NCBI GenBank assembly: GCA_965243135.1
Contig: OZ251539.1
Span: 5,312,001 to 5,376,000 of the forward strand
Source of the DNA: Alphaproteobacteria bacterium
Lineage (GTDB): Bacteria; Pseudomonadota; Alphaproteobacteria; MPNO01; UBA830
Reading direction: 5' to 3'
Length of the DNA: 64,000 bases
Under the pieces are notes generated by a model. It did not search any database. It was not told the origin of the DNA and was given only the letters and a program-made list of their open reading frames with translations. Shown here piece by piece: positions 49,708 to 59,159 of this stretch. Numbering within the stretch: the stretch's first letter is position 1; every line of letters begins with the position of its first letter. The translations under genes were made by a program, and so were the position numbers.

Positions 49708-50338
49708 GCGATCTGCGGGACAGCAGGGCTTCCACCGCGTCGGCCGACTCGCCGCTTCCCGGCGGGCTCAGCCAGATCATGAGGATCTCGGCGTCGCCGT
49801 CGCCCGCGGTCGTGTAGGTGTGGGCCATCCGGCTGTCGAGGTAGAGGCTGTCGCCGGTTTCGAGCCGCACCGGCTCGTAATGCTCCGTGTGAACGTCCAC
49901 CGGGCCCCTGAGGACGTAGACGAACTCCTCGCCCGAATGGCTCAGCAGCCCGTCGCCGTCGGCCGGGGCGCGGCTGCGCACGCGCTCGACCAGCGGCGTC
50001 ATGCGCTTGCGCTGGATATTGCCGCATAACGGCCAGATGTCGTAGCTCGGCGTGGATCTGAACCGCGCCTCTCCGGCCCGGGTGACCGTCATTCTCGCCG
50101 CCTTCGACCGGTCCTCCTCGTCCAGCGCGACGAGCTCGCCGAGCGGGACGCCCAGGCCTTCCGCCAGCCGCATGAGGTTCGCGAAGGTCGGCGACACCTG
50201 GTCGTTCTCGATCTTGGACAGCGCCGAAATCGAGATCCCGGTGGCGGCGGACACCGCCGACAGGGTCATGCCGAGCCGCTTGCGGTAATTGCGCACCCGC
50301 GCGCCCAGGGAAGCCGCCTCTTGGGCCGGTTCCGTCAT
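49667..50338 (-). CDS. XRE-HTH plus cupin transcriptional regulator
   Basis: LSKIENDQVSPT, HSGEEFVYVL, HTY. Confidence 0.88.
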   Translation of the reverse strand: MTEPAQEAASLGARVRNYRKRLGMTLSAVSAATGISISALSKIENDQVSPTFANLMRLAEGLGVPLGELVALDEEDRSKAARMTVTRAGEARFRSTPSYDIWPLCGNIQRKRMTPLVERVRSRAPADGDGLLSHSGEEFVYVLRGPVDVHTEHYEPVRLETGDSLYLDSRMAHTYTTAGDGDAEILMIWLSPPGSGESADAVEALLSRRSPIPRRSARKCPPD

Positions 50339-50354
50339 GTCCGGGCGCGGCGGG

Positions 50355-52091
50355 TCAGCCGGCGGGTATCGTCGGCAGCAGGAGATGGGACGGGCGGTCG
50401 GGTCCCGCATGCAGCGTCACGTCGCCGCCGAATATCGAAGCCGGCCGGTCGCCCGGGTCGTCGTGCTTGAAGGGCCCCACTCCCGTGAACACCGCGCCCA
50501 GCGTGCCAAGGCCGGCTCCCGCGCCGCCGGGCCATTCGTAATCCCGGCCCCGCACCGTGAGGCCGATGCGGTATCCCCGCGGCACGACGATGCAGCTGGG
50601 CCATATCTCGACGTCGAGCCTGTAGATTTCGCCGGGCGAGAGCGGCTGTTTCTCGTCGTGCGCATGGTACGGGCGCCAGGGAAGGGACAGTTCCTCGTCG
50701 AGCTTGCGGTGCGAGGCGCGCAGCCAGCCTTGCGCCACCGGCGTGTGCGGATCGAGGGCGCCCTGGAAGGTGACCTCCTTCAGGTCGGGCGAGAAGACGC
50801 GGACGACGAGGAACAGGTCGGCGTCTTCCGTCGCCGACGATATCCAGAGCGCGGCCGCCATCGGTCCGGTGATCTCGATTTCCTCCTCCGCCGGCGGGGC
50901 GAGAAAGGTCACGCCGTCGCCGAGACCCGCATAGGTCACGCTGCCCGTCGCCGGCTCCCCGGCCAGGGCGCAGTTTCCGGGATCGAGGTAGAGCTTCCTC
51001 CATTCCGTGCGCGGGATCGGCCAGTCCTCCTCGTGCCGTTCGACGAACTTTTCGCCGGGGGAGCGAATCTGGAGCTGAACCCTTGGCTGTTCCGCCCAGC
51101 CGGTGTCCTCGCCCTTGAGGAAATGCCCGAAGAACTTTTTCTGGAGGGCGACGCCGTAATCCGTGTAGAACTCGGTCCAGTGCTCGATGCCGTGGACTTC
51201 GAGCCATTTGCTGTCGCTTTTCGAGCGCGCGAAGCCCTCGAAATTGCCGCGCGGGTGCAGGCCCTGGCCTCCCCAGTTGGCCGACGACAGCAACGGCACC
51301 TCGACCTTCGACCAGTCGGGCATGCGCGACCGCCAGTATTCGGCGCTGTCGAGCGGGTTGTCGCGGCAGTCCTGCCAGAAGTCCCGCCGGTTGCCGCCGA
51401 GTTCCTCGGCGGTCAGCGTTTCCGGTCCGGCGACCCAGTCGCCGTTCATGCGGCTGCGGTAGCCGGCGGCGCCCTTGCCGTGCTGGACGGAGGTCACCTG
51501 GGACGGGAACCACGCCCTGCCGAAGCTGCACAGGATGCCGCCGTGATGGGAGAGGTCGCGATAGAAATCGGCCGCGCCTTCCCAGACGCAGATCGCGGCG
51601 AGATGGGGCGGCTGCAAGGCGGCCACTTGCCACTGGTTCATCGCGTAATAGGAGATGCCGTTCGCGCCGACCTTGCCGTTCGACCAGTCGCGCGTGCCGG
51701 CCCACTCGATGCAGTCGTGGAAATCCCGCGCCTCGCGCGCCGACCAGATGTCGAGCGTTCCCGGCGAGCGTCCGGCGCCGCGGGAATCGACGCGGACGAC
51801 CGCGTAGCCGTCCGGCACCCATTTCTCGGGATCGACGACCTCCCAGTTCTGGTACTTGTTGGTGGATCCCGCCACCACGTCGGGGTGCTCTTCGGCCATG
51901 CGGCGCCACTGGTCGGTGTACAGATCCTCGAAATGCAGGAGCTTGCCGTAGGGGCCGTAGGAGATGATCGCCGGATAGCGGCCGTCCTCCGCCGGCCTGT
52001 AGACGTCGCACATCAACTCGACGCCGTCGTCCATGGCGATCGGGACGTCCCATTCGATCCTCATGCCGTCCCGGTATTCCGTTCCGCTCAT
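50355..52091 (-). CDS. CocE/NonD family hydrolase
   Basis: DVYRP, GPYGK, DSRGAG.S.G, GISYY, GWLRASHR. Confidence 0.9.
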   Translation of the reverse strand: MSGTEYRDGMRIEWDVPIAMDDGVELMCDVYRPAEDGRYPAIISYGPYGKLLHFEDLYTDQWRRMAEEHPDVVAGSTNKYQNWEVVDPEKWVPDGYAVVRVDSRGAGRSPGTLDIWSAREARDFHDCIEWAGTRDWSNGKVGANGISYYAMNQWQVAALQPPHLAAICVWEGAADFYRDLSHHGGILCSFGRAWFPSQVTSVQHGKGAAGYRSRMNGDWVAGPETLTAEELGGNRRDFWQDCRDNPLDSAEYWRSRMPDWSKVEVPLLSSANWGGQGLHPRGNFEGFARSKSDSKWLEVHGIEHWTEFYTDYGVALQKKFFGHFLKGEDTGWAEQPRVQLQIRSPGEKFVERHEEDWPIPRTEWRKLYLDPGNCALAGEPATGSVTYAGLGDGVTFLAPPAEEEIEITGPMAAALWISSATEDADLFLVVRVFSPDLKEVTFQGALDPHTPVAQGWLRASHRKLDEELSLPWRPYHAHDEKQPLSPGEIYRLDVEIWPSCIVVPRGYRIGLTVRGRDYEWPGGAGAGLGTLGAVFTGVGPFKHDDPGDRPASIFGGDVTLHAGPDRPSHLLLPTIPAG

Positions 52092-52179
52092 ATTCGTCCC
52101 CCGGCGCGCCAGACTCGACCTGTTCGAGATTTTCTTATACGACAATTTTCGGCATCGGGAAAATTCCGGGAGAGGCGCC

Positions 52180-52908
52180 GTGGCAACCGTGGAAGTGGTC
52201 GACCGCTCGGACATGGTCGAAAAGATGAACCGGGAAATCGTGCTCAGGCCATCCGAGACGGCGGTCGTCACGGTCGACATGCACCGCGGGCATCTCGACC
52301 CGGCGGTCGCGACGATGCCGGCCGCGGCGGAAGATTGCGAGCGCGTCGTCGCCAGCGCCGCCGAGGCGCTCGAATTCGCCCGCGGCGAGGGCATGCCGGT
52401 CATCCACGTCGTTCTCGTCTACCGCAAGATTCCGGGTCTCGGCAGCGAGGGCATGTCGGCGCCGTTCTGGGCCGCGATGTCGCGGATCGCCGACGAGGAG
52501 AACCGCCTGACGCCGGGCCGCAGGAGCACGGTGGACGACCACAACATCGAAGGCGGTCCCGGCACGGAGATCGTTCCCGCGCTCTACGCGGAGACCGACT
52601 ACGTGATCGACAACAAGAAGCGCCTCGACTGCTTCATGGGGACCGATCTCGACATGCTGCTGCAAAACGTCGGCGCGAAGAACGTGTGCCTGATGGGAAT
52701 CAACACCAACACCTGCGTGCTGAACACGGCGTTCACGGCGCACAACCGGAACTACGCCGCCGTCGTGCTGTCCGATTGCGTCGCCAGCATGTACGGCGAC
52801 GACCTTCACGAATTCGGCCTGCAGAACGTCATGCGCTGCCTCGGCTGGGTGTTCGACAACCGGCAGTTCCGGGAAAAGGTCGAAGAAGGCCGCCGCCGCA
52901 ACGCCTGA
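52180..52908 (+). CDS. Isochorismatase-family cysteine hydrolase
   Basis: VDMH, KKR, GINTNTCV (Asp-Lys-Cys triad). Confidence 0.88.
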   Translation: MATVEVVDRSDMVEKMNREIVLRPSETAVVTVDMHRGHLDPAVATMPAAAEDCERVVASAAEALEFARGEGMPVIHVVLVYRKIPGLGSEGMSAPFWAAMSRIADEENRLTPGRRSTVDDHNIEGGPGTEIVPALYAETDYVIDNKKRLDCFMGTDLDMLLQNVGAKNVCLMGINTNTCVLNTAFTAHNRNYAAVVLSDCVASMYGDDLHEFGLQNVMRCLGWVFDNRQFREKVEEGRRRNA

Positions 52909-52919
52909 CGGGCAGGATC

Positions 52920-54041
52920 GTGCAAGACAGCTATCGAACGCTTTTTTCCGGCGGCAGGATCGGCGGCGCCGTCCTCGGCAACCGCGCCGCGGTCGCGCCG
53001 ATGACCCGCATCAGCGCCGGGCCCGGCGGCACGGCGACCGCCGAGATGGCCTCCTATTACGCGGCCTACGCGCGGGGCGGTTTCGGTCTCGTCATCACCG
53101 AGGGCGTCTATGTCGACGAGCGTCACAGCCAAGGTTACGTCGACCAGCCGGGCATCGCCAACGACGTCCAGGCGGAGTCCTGGCGCCAGGTGGCCAGGGC
53201 GGTGCACGACGCGGGCGCGCCGATCTTCATGCAGCTGCTGCATGCGGGCGCGCTGGTGCAGCATAACGACCATGTCGACGAGGCGGTCGCGCCTTCGGCC
53301 GTCCCTCCGGTCGGCGAGATGGCGCCGCATTACAAGGGGTCGGGGCCGTTTCCGGTTCCCCGCGAGATCGCCCGCGACGAGATTCGCGAGGCGACGGCCG
53401 CGTTCGCCGCGGCCGCGCTGCGGGCGGTCGACGCCGGTTTCGACGGCGTCGAGATCCACGGCGCCAACGGGTATCTCGCCGACCAGTTTCTGACCGAGCA
53501 CACGAACCTGCGGTCCGACGAGTACGGCGGGCCCGTCGAGCGGCGGGTGCGCTTCCATGTCGAGGCGATCGCCGCGGTCAAGACGGCGCTCGCCGGCCGC
53601 GCGCCGCTGGGCGTTCGGATTTCGCAGACCAAGGTCAACGACCTGTCCCACAGCTGGCCGGGCGGGACGGAGGACGCGCGGGCGATCTTCGGCGCGATCG
53701 GCGAGGCCGGTCCGACCTACGTTCACGTGAACGCGCACCACGGGTTCGATCCGGTTTTCGGTTCCGGAAAGTCGCTTGCCGCGCTCGCGCGCGAGGCGGC
53801 GCCGAAGCGCGTCGCGATCGTCGCCTGCGGCAAGCTGAACGATCCCGCGCTGGCGGAGAGCATGCTGGCGGAGGGCGTCGCGGACGTCGCGGCGATCGCC
53901 AAGGGGGCTCTGGCGGATCCGGCCTGGCCGCGCAAGGTGGCGGCGGGCGAGTCGCCGCGCGGGTTCGATCCCGGCATGATTCGTCCCTATGCGACGATCG
54001 CCAACACGGAAGCGTGGCGTCGGCGCAATCCGCCGTCATGA
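52920..54041 (+). CDS. NADH:flavin oxidoreductase (old yellow enzyme family)
   Basis: APMTR, QLLHAG, GFDGVEIHGANGYL, N.RSDEYGG. Confidence 0.92.
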   Translation: MQDSYRTLFSGGRIGGAVLGNRAAVAPMTRISAGPGGTATAEMASYYAAYARGGFGLVITEGVYVDERHSQGYVDQPGIANDVQAESWRQVARAVHDAGAPIFMQLLHAGALVQHNDHVDEAVAPSAVPPVGEMAPHYKGSGPFPVPREIARDEIREATAAFAAAALRAVDAGFDGVEIHGANGYLADQFLTEHTNLRSDEYGGPVERRVRFHVEAIAAVKTALAGRAPLGVRISQTKVNDLSHSWPGGTEDARAIFGAIGEAGPTYVHVNAHHGFDPVFGSGKSLAALAREAAPKRVAIVACGKLNDPALAESMLAEGVADVAAIAKGALADPAWPRKVAAGESPRGFDPGMIRPYATIANTEAWRRRNPPS

Positions 54042-54403
54042 GAGCCATGGTTTCGCCGTAGGTTGCGGAATCCGCTTTGCCGGGCGAAATCTCCGGGTCG
54101 CCGCCGGCGCCGCAAAATTGAATTTTTTCTTGCAACAGGCGGCGAATCTGTCATTCCAGCGACGTAAGCGACCGTTGGAAGTTCCGCAGGGCGTTGGCGA
54201 GAGCATATCCGAGCGACTTGGCGAGGCGCAGGAAGCTCGAAATGGCTCCGGGAATTCGGCGAAGGCCGGTCGCGCCGGATCTCGGGACGGAGAATTTCCG
54301 CGTTACGTTCGGCATCGAGAAGGCGATGCGGCGTTCGAGGCTCGGCACGGAGGGTCGGGCGCGGGCATCCGCTCGACCCGAAGCGGCAGACAAGAGGACT
54401 CGA

Positions 54404-55660
54404 ATGAGCGTTCGTTTTCAATTCGACTGGTTTGAGGCCACGCCTTCGCCGAGCCAACTCGCTTGTTTCACCATGGCCGAATTGTCCATTGAAGCGCAAG
54501 GCGAGATCGTGACGTCGGTGCGAGATCGAGAGAGGCGAACCTGTCGGGACCACGTCGTGGTTCCGTTGATTAGCGTCGTCGAGTGGCTTGTCGGCAACTG
54601 GTGGCATCTCTTCCACGAGATCGAAGATACAAGGGAGCAAAAATCCGGCTTCGAAAGTCGGCATAACCTTGCGTATGCGGGCGACGGCTTCGTTTTTCCA
54701 AATCTTGTCATGGTCCCGTCGCTGGAGGGAATGCTTCTTCGCTGGAAACGATACAAGCCCAAGCATGCATGCATCGAATTTTTGGGCGACGGGGAAGCCA
54801 ACGTCGAATGCGAGGAACTGGAAGAACAATTCCGGATTCTCGTCGATGCCGCAATCGAACGGCTTCGAAGCAACGGCGCGCTTCCGGAAACGCTGGAGAG
54901 CGAATGGAAGGCTATCAATTCCCTCGACCCGGACGAACGGGAATTCTGCCGCGCAGCGGCGCTGCTCGGCGTCGATCCTTTCGATGCGCCGGATTCCCTG
55001 GCAGCTGCCATCGCGAAGTTCCGCGAAGACATCGTTCCTTCTTTGCTCGACGATGCTTTGGCCGTGGGGAACGCCGATTCGCTGCCGGAATTGAGCGAAT
55101 GGATGGAGCGGTCTCTTCGGAGCCTTGAAGGCGTCGAAAGCGGGAACGATTGGGCGGACATGCGTCGAAATCTGCCCCGAGCGTCTTCCGCGCCGCCTTG
55201 GGAACGGGGCTATGAGTTGGCGCGTTCCGTCCGGCTCCAGCTTGGCGTCGGCGACGGCCGGTTCGATTTCGATTCGCAGGGCTCCCTGGCCGTGCATTCC
55301 GAAGAAGCGCAATCGCCGTCGACACGCGTCGAAGGGCTGGTGGCGGCGGAAATGCCTGCATGCGTGATCGTGCCAAGAGGCCAGGCGGGAAAACGGTTTC
55401 TGCTCGGGCGCGCCCTTGGCGGTTATCTGAGCGGACCCGGCCCTTCCCTTCTCAGCTCTTTGGCGACAGGCCGTCAGGCGCTGTCGAGGGCGTTTGCCGC
55501 CGAATTTCTCGCGCCGGCGGAAGCCATTCGCAAGCGGCTGAGGGGCGGCCTAGCGGAAGCGGAGGAGGTGGACGATCTCAGCGACGAGTTCGGCGTGTCC
55601 AGCGGACTGATACGCCGCCAGATCGAAAACCACAATCTGGCGACCGTCGCAGGTTGGTGA
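54404..55660 (+). CDS. Protein with C-terminal ImmA/IrrE-like domain lacking HExxH
   Basis: RFLLGRALGG, RAFAAEFLAP, LSDEFGVS; AGAGGA RBS. Confidence 0.7.
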   Translation: MSVRFQFDWFEATPSPSQLACFTMAELSIEAQGEIVTSVRDRERRTCRDHVVVPLISVVEWLVGNWWHLFHEIEDTREQKSGFESRHNLAYAGDGFVFPNLVMVPSLEGMLLRWKRYKPKHACIEFLGDGEANVECEELEEQFRILVDAAIERLRSNGALPETLESEWKAINSLDPDEREFCRAAALLGVDPFDAPDSLAAAIAKFREDIVPSLLDDALAVGNADSLPELSEWMERSLRSLEGVESGNDWADMRRNLPRASSAPPWERGYELARSVRLQLGVGDGRFDFDSQGSLAVHSEEAQSPSTRVEGLVAAEMPACVIVPRGQAGKRFLLGRALGGYLSGPGPSLLSSLATGRQALSRAFAAEFLAPAEAIRKRLRGGLAEAEEVDDLSDEFGVSSGLIRRQIENHNLATVAGW

Positions 55661-55974
55661 AGTTTGACGAATTAGCCGCAACGGAGCTTTGCCGCCATCT
55701 TTCCTCCTGACTCGACCGGACCTTTTCCGGGAAACGACGGGTCGAGGACCTTCGGAAAGCAGTCGATGCAGGCGTCGAGATATTCCGACGCATGTTTTTC
55801 GAACTGCGGATGCGCGAGGCCGGTCGGTGGTTCCGATGCGAAGCGTCGATTCTGCAAGAAATCGCGAACCGCTCCCTGTGAAGACTGGCAGCAAGCGGGC
55901 GTTGCGAATTCCGCGCGAAACGAAGAGATTTCCGGCGGCCGACCATCTCTCGTACCGGGAATCGTTTCCAATCG

Positions 55975-56358
55975 CTAATGACCGGATGGATTTGCGCCGG
56001 AACGCCCCAGCAGGATGTCGGCGGGGATACCGAGACGTTCGTTCAACGCGCGGATCATGCTGACCGTCAAGCCGCGTTGGCGGTTCAGGACCTCGTAGAC
56101 CCGGTTTCGGCCGCCGAAATACGGTGCGAGGTCGGCGGCGGTCAGTCCAGCCTGGTCCGCACGGAATTTAATGGCTTCAATCGGATCGGGCGGATCGATA
56201 GGCGCGACGCTTCGTTCGTAGTCCTCGATCACGAGCGCGAGAACCTTCATTTCGTCCCGCTGCTCCGAGGTGCGTTCTTCGAGCGCCATGAGCGCATCGA
56301 TTCGTCCCATGGCCAAGTCATAGTCGGCTTGGGATCGAATGGGGAGCGCAACGGCCAT
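55975..56358 (-). CDS. higA: HigA-type HTH antitoxin
   Basis: PIRSQADY, LIEDYE-like segment, PDPIEAIKF, EVLNRQR.LT..MIR.L...LGIP. Confidence 0.85.
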   Translation of the reverse strand: MAVALPIRSQADYDLAMGRIDALMALEERTSEQRDEMKVLALVIEDYERSVAPIDPPDPIEAIKFRADQAGLTAADLAPYFGGRNRVYEVLNRQRGLTVSMIRALNERLGIPADILLGRSGANPSGH

Positions 56359-56366
56359 GATTTCAT

Positions 56367-56650
56367 TTCAAACGGTGCTCGGGTCGATATTGTCGCATTC
56401 CGCACGGGTACCGGTCCAGCGCACCCGCCTCGTCTGCGAATTCGACGACGAGCCGATACCGTTCGCCCTTGAGTCTGAATTTCACCCGAGTGCCATTCGG
56501 TATCGACGCGCGCGGATAACGGTGCATGATATTTGGGGTGATTTCCGAGTCGTTCGCTTGCGCGAGTGCGCAAGAATCTTCTGGCGAGAGCCGCTGCAGC
56601 GGACGGGCGGCCGTCGGCGAAGCGCACGACAGCGCGAGCGGCTTCCGATT
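56367..56650 (-). pseudogene. Frameshifted HigB toxin
   Basis: Fragments YPRAS, FRLKGERYRLVV and WTGTRAECDNIDPSTV* upstream of higA, split across frames. Confidence 0.7.
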
Positions 56651-56651
56651 C

Positions 56652-56679
56652 TTGACGTTGTCGGCCGGCGCGGTATACT
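56652..56679 (+). promoter_or_regulatory. Sigma70 promoter of the lipoprotein gene
   Basis: TTGACG-N16-TATACT. Confidence 0.65.
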
Positions 56680-56689
56680 GGCGCGGAAT

Positions 56690-56815
56690 TCTTCACGGGG
56701 CCTCTTCACGGGGCCTCTTCACGGGGCCTCTTCACGGGGCCTCTTCACGGGGCCTCTTCACGGGGCCTCTTCACGGGGCCTCTTCACGGGGCCTCTTCAC
56801 GGGGCCTCTTCACGG
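56690..56815 (+). repeat. 13-bp VNTR (TCTTCACGGGGCC), 9 full units plus a partial tenth
   Basis: CTTCACGG recurs every 13 bp from 56691 to 56808. Confidence 0.97.
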
Positions 56816-56833
56816 ATCAAGAGGACCCGTTCG

Positions 56834-59059
56834 ATGACGATCTACAGGCTTTGTTTAGCGGTGGCTTGCGGCGTGGCGCTGGCGCTGGGCGCCTGCACCG
56901 AAACCAAGACAGTGCGCGTCGGCGACCCGGAGGCTCTCGCGGCCGAGCAGCGGAAGACGGCCGCGGCCGAGGCAAGAGCCGACGAGGCCGAGACCGCGCT
57001 GCGCGGTCTCCGCACCTTGCTGGCCGAGCTGGGTTCGGCCAACACCGTCGAGCAACGCACGGAGGCTCGCACGGAGGTGGGCCGCGTCCAAAAAGAATTG
57101 GCGCGGTTGCGGGAGAACCTGGAGTTGGAGGAGCAGCCAGAGGCCGACGTGGCGCTGTCGGCGGTCGACACGGCTCTGGAGGCGGTCGTCGAGGCCCTGG
57201 GGGCGGCCAATGCGGCATTCGGGTCGGGGGGGACCGTTTCCTTCGCCAGCATGCACACGACGCTGGACCGGGCGCAGGCGGCGCTGGACGACGCCCAGAC
57301 CAAGATAACCGCGGCGCTGGCGGCCAATCCCACCGGCGCGATCGAAACTGTGCTGTCGCAGGCCCAGGGCGCGCTGACCACCGCCCAGATCTCCCTGGTG
57401 CCGCTGCTGCGCGAGGAACTTGCCGAGGCCGAGGCCGAACGAGATGCGTTGAAAGATGCCGAGGCCGAACGAGACGCGTTGAGAGACGAGCATGTCTCCC
57501 CGCCTCTCTTCCGGAGCACCCGCGGCCCGAGGGATCTTGAAGAAACGATCACGATCGCCCGGACGGCCCGAACCGTCCCGAACGCCGTCGGCAACGCGTG
57601 GGTCGCGAATCCGAACGCGCTCGACATCGCGACGGAAGCCGTCCCCTACGCGGCCGGCAGGACGCTGACCTCCCGCGCCGGGGGCGAGGAGTTTCCCATG
57701 CGAGCGATCACCTTCCGGGGCGACATACGCCAAGGAAGCCAGCGGGGACTTACCGGAGCCGCCGCCGACAACGACGGTCGCTATCCGATCATCCAGGGCC
57801 CCGGCAACACGCTGGGCAACGCCAACGACCACACCAAGACAGCGGTGATCAGCTCGATCCAGATGTCGGAAGACGGCGGGCTAACCCTCAAGGCCGGGGG
57901 ATCGGGCGTCGTTTTCAACGAGTTCCAGTACGACATCCGCGGGACCGAAGCCGACGGCCCGGACGGAATCCCGGGGGACGGCGGCGCAACGACGGCCACG
58001 ACGGCCACGGACTTCCATGTCGCCATGTTCCGCAGAGCGGGCGAGACGCCGCCGTCCGTCGGCGATACGTTGACGGCGGATCAGGCCGCCAAGCTGACGG
58101 GGTGGGCGGCCGACAACTGCAGCGGAGTGACCTTCCCCTGCTGGGACGGCAACATGCGCGACCTGACGATCGACTTCGGAAAGCCTTCCCCGGATCCGGA
58201 CGGCGAATCCGGCTACCACTGGGCGTCGAAGATCCCGTCGTCCGAAGGCCAGCCCAAACCCGTCGCCGCCGACGCCATGCACCGTTGGGCCAAGCCCAAG
58301 GTGGATAATTTCGTCGACCCCGACCGCGGAGCCGGGGAATACCGGGGCGAATACCGGCTATGGCTCTCGAACTACGCGGGCCTGGGTACCGACGATTCCC
58401 ACCGCTATCTTCGATACGCCGCCTATGGCCTTTTCACGTTCACCGACTATCTCACGTCGAACGTCAGGCCGGCCCGCATGCAGGGGCTTCATTTCGGTTA
58501 CGACGCCTTCGCCGACGCCGCCGGGATGAGGACGACCGATCTCGACACTGCGATCACGGCCACGTTCACGGGCAGGGCCTCCGGCATGGTCATGGAGCCC
58601 CACAGCGACAGGTCCCAGGTCGAACGTCTGATCCGCGTGCGGGGGGACGTCACGCTCAACGCGACGATCGGCGGCGCCAACACGATCATCGGCGATATCT
58701 CGAATCTGCAGACGCCGGCCGGCGGGGGCTGGGGGCCCTACGCGCCGTTGACGGACAGCGTCCAGTTGACGAACGGAACGATCGCGGCCGACGGCAGCTA
58801 CGAGGGCGCAACCACCGTGGACGGCGCCGCGAGCCATCTCTGGGATGACGGCATGTTCGGCGGAAACTTCTACGGCAACAAGAGCGGTCCAGACCTCGAG
58901 ACCGCGGGCTGGTGGTATCTGAAGCCGCGTGGGTACACACCCCCTCAGACCAATCCCCTGACCGGCGCTGACGCCCGGGACCATCCCGGCCGGCCGGACT
59001 TCAGGTACTCGGGCGCCTTCGGCAGCTTCGGTGCCAAGTGCACCGAGGGCTGCGATTAG
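56834..59059 (+). CDS. Surface lipoprotein with coiled-coil stalk and TbpB-like C-terminal beta-barrel
   Basis: AAGAGGA RBS, lipobox LGAC, Ala/Glu-rich helices with a 30-bp duplication (57428-57487), and YAAYGLF, ATFTG, GNFYG, ETAG and GSFGA barrel-type motifs. Confidence 0.8.
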   Translation: MTIYRLCLAVACGVALALGACTETKTVRVGDPEALAAEQRKTAAAEARADEAETALRGLRTLLAELGSANTVEQRTEARTEVGRVQKELARLRENLELEEQPEADVALSAVDTALEAVVEALGAANAAFGSGGTVSFASMHTTLDRAQAALDDAQTKITAALAANPTGAIETVLSQAQGALTTAQISLVPLLREELAEAEAERDALKDAEAERDALRDEHVSPPLFRSTRGPRDLEETITIARTARTVPNAVGNAWVANPNALDIATEAVPYAAGRTLTSRAGGEEFPMRAITFRGDIRQGSQRGLTGAAADNDGRYPIIQGPGNTLGNANDHTKTAVISSIQMSEDGGLTLKAGGSGVVFNEFQYDIRGTEADGPDGIPGDGGATTATTATDFHVAMFRRAGETPPSVGDTLTADQAAKLTGWAADNCSGVTFPCWDGNMRDLTIDFGKPSPDPDGESGYHWASKIPSSEGQPKPVAADAMHRWAKPKVDNFVDPDRGAGEYRGEYRLWLSNYAGLGTDDSHRYLRYAAYGLFTFTDYLTSNVRPARMQGLHFGYDAFADAAGMRTTDLDTAITATFTGRASGMVMEPHSDRSQVERLIRVRGDVTLNATIGGANTIIGDISNLQTPAGGGWGPYAPLTDSVQLTNGTIAADGSYEGATTVDGAASHLWDDGMFGGNFYGNKSGPDLETAGWWYLKPRGYTPPQTNPLTGADARDHPGRPDFRYSGAFGSFGAKCTEGCD

Positions 59060-59159
59060 CCAGCCTGCACGAGCCTCCGTCCGAGGCTGCGGGGCAAGCG
59101 CCGCCGCCGAGCGCTGGCCGACGGCTGCCCTCGACGGCGCCGCAAGGCCGGCGAAGGTC

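Noticed and set aside
1836-54041. Long antisense or alternate-frame ORFs (for example 1836-4052, 8362-10749, most of 28789-32340, the 5' part of 50289-54041)
   Set aside because: Shadow ORFs of real genes in high-GC DNA, with no recognisable motifs.
56690-56815. Repeat array as CRISPR
   Set aside because: 13-bp units with no spacers; it is a tandem repeat.
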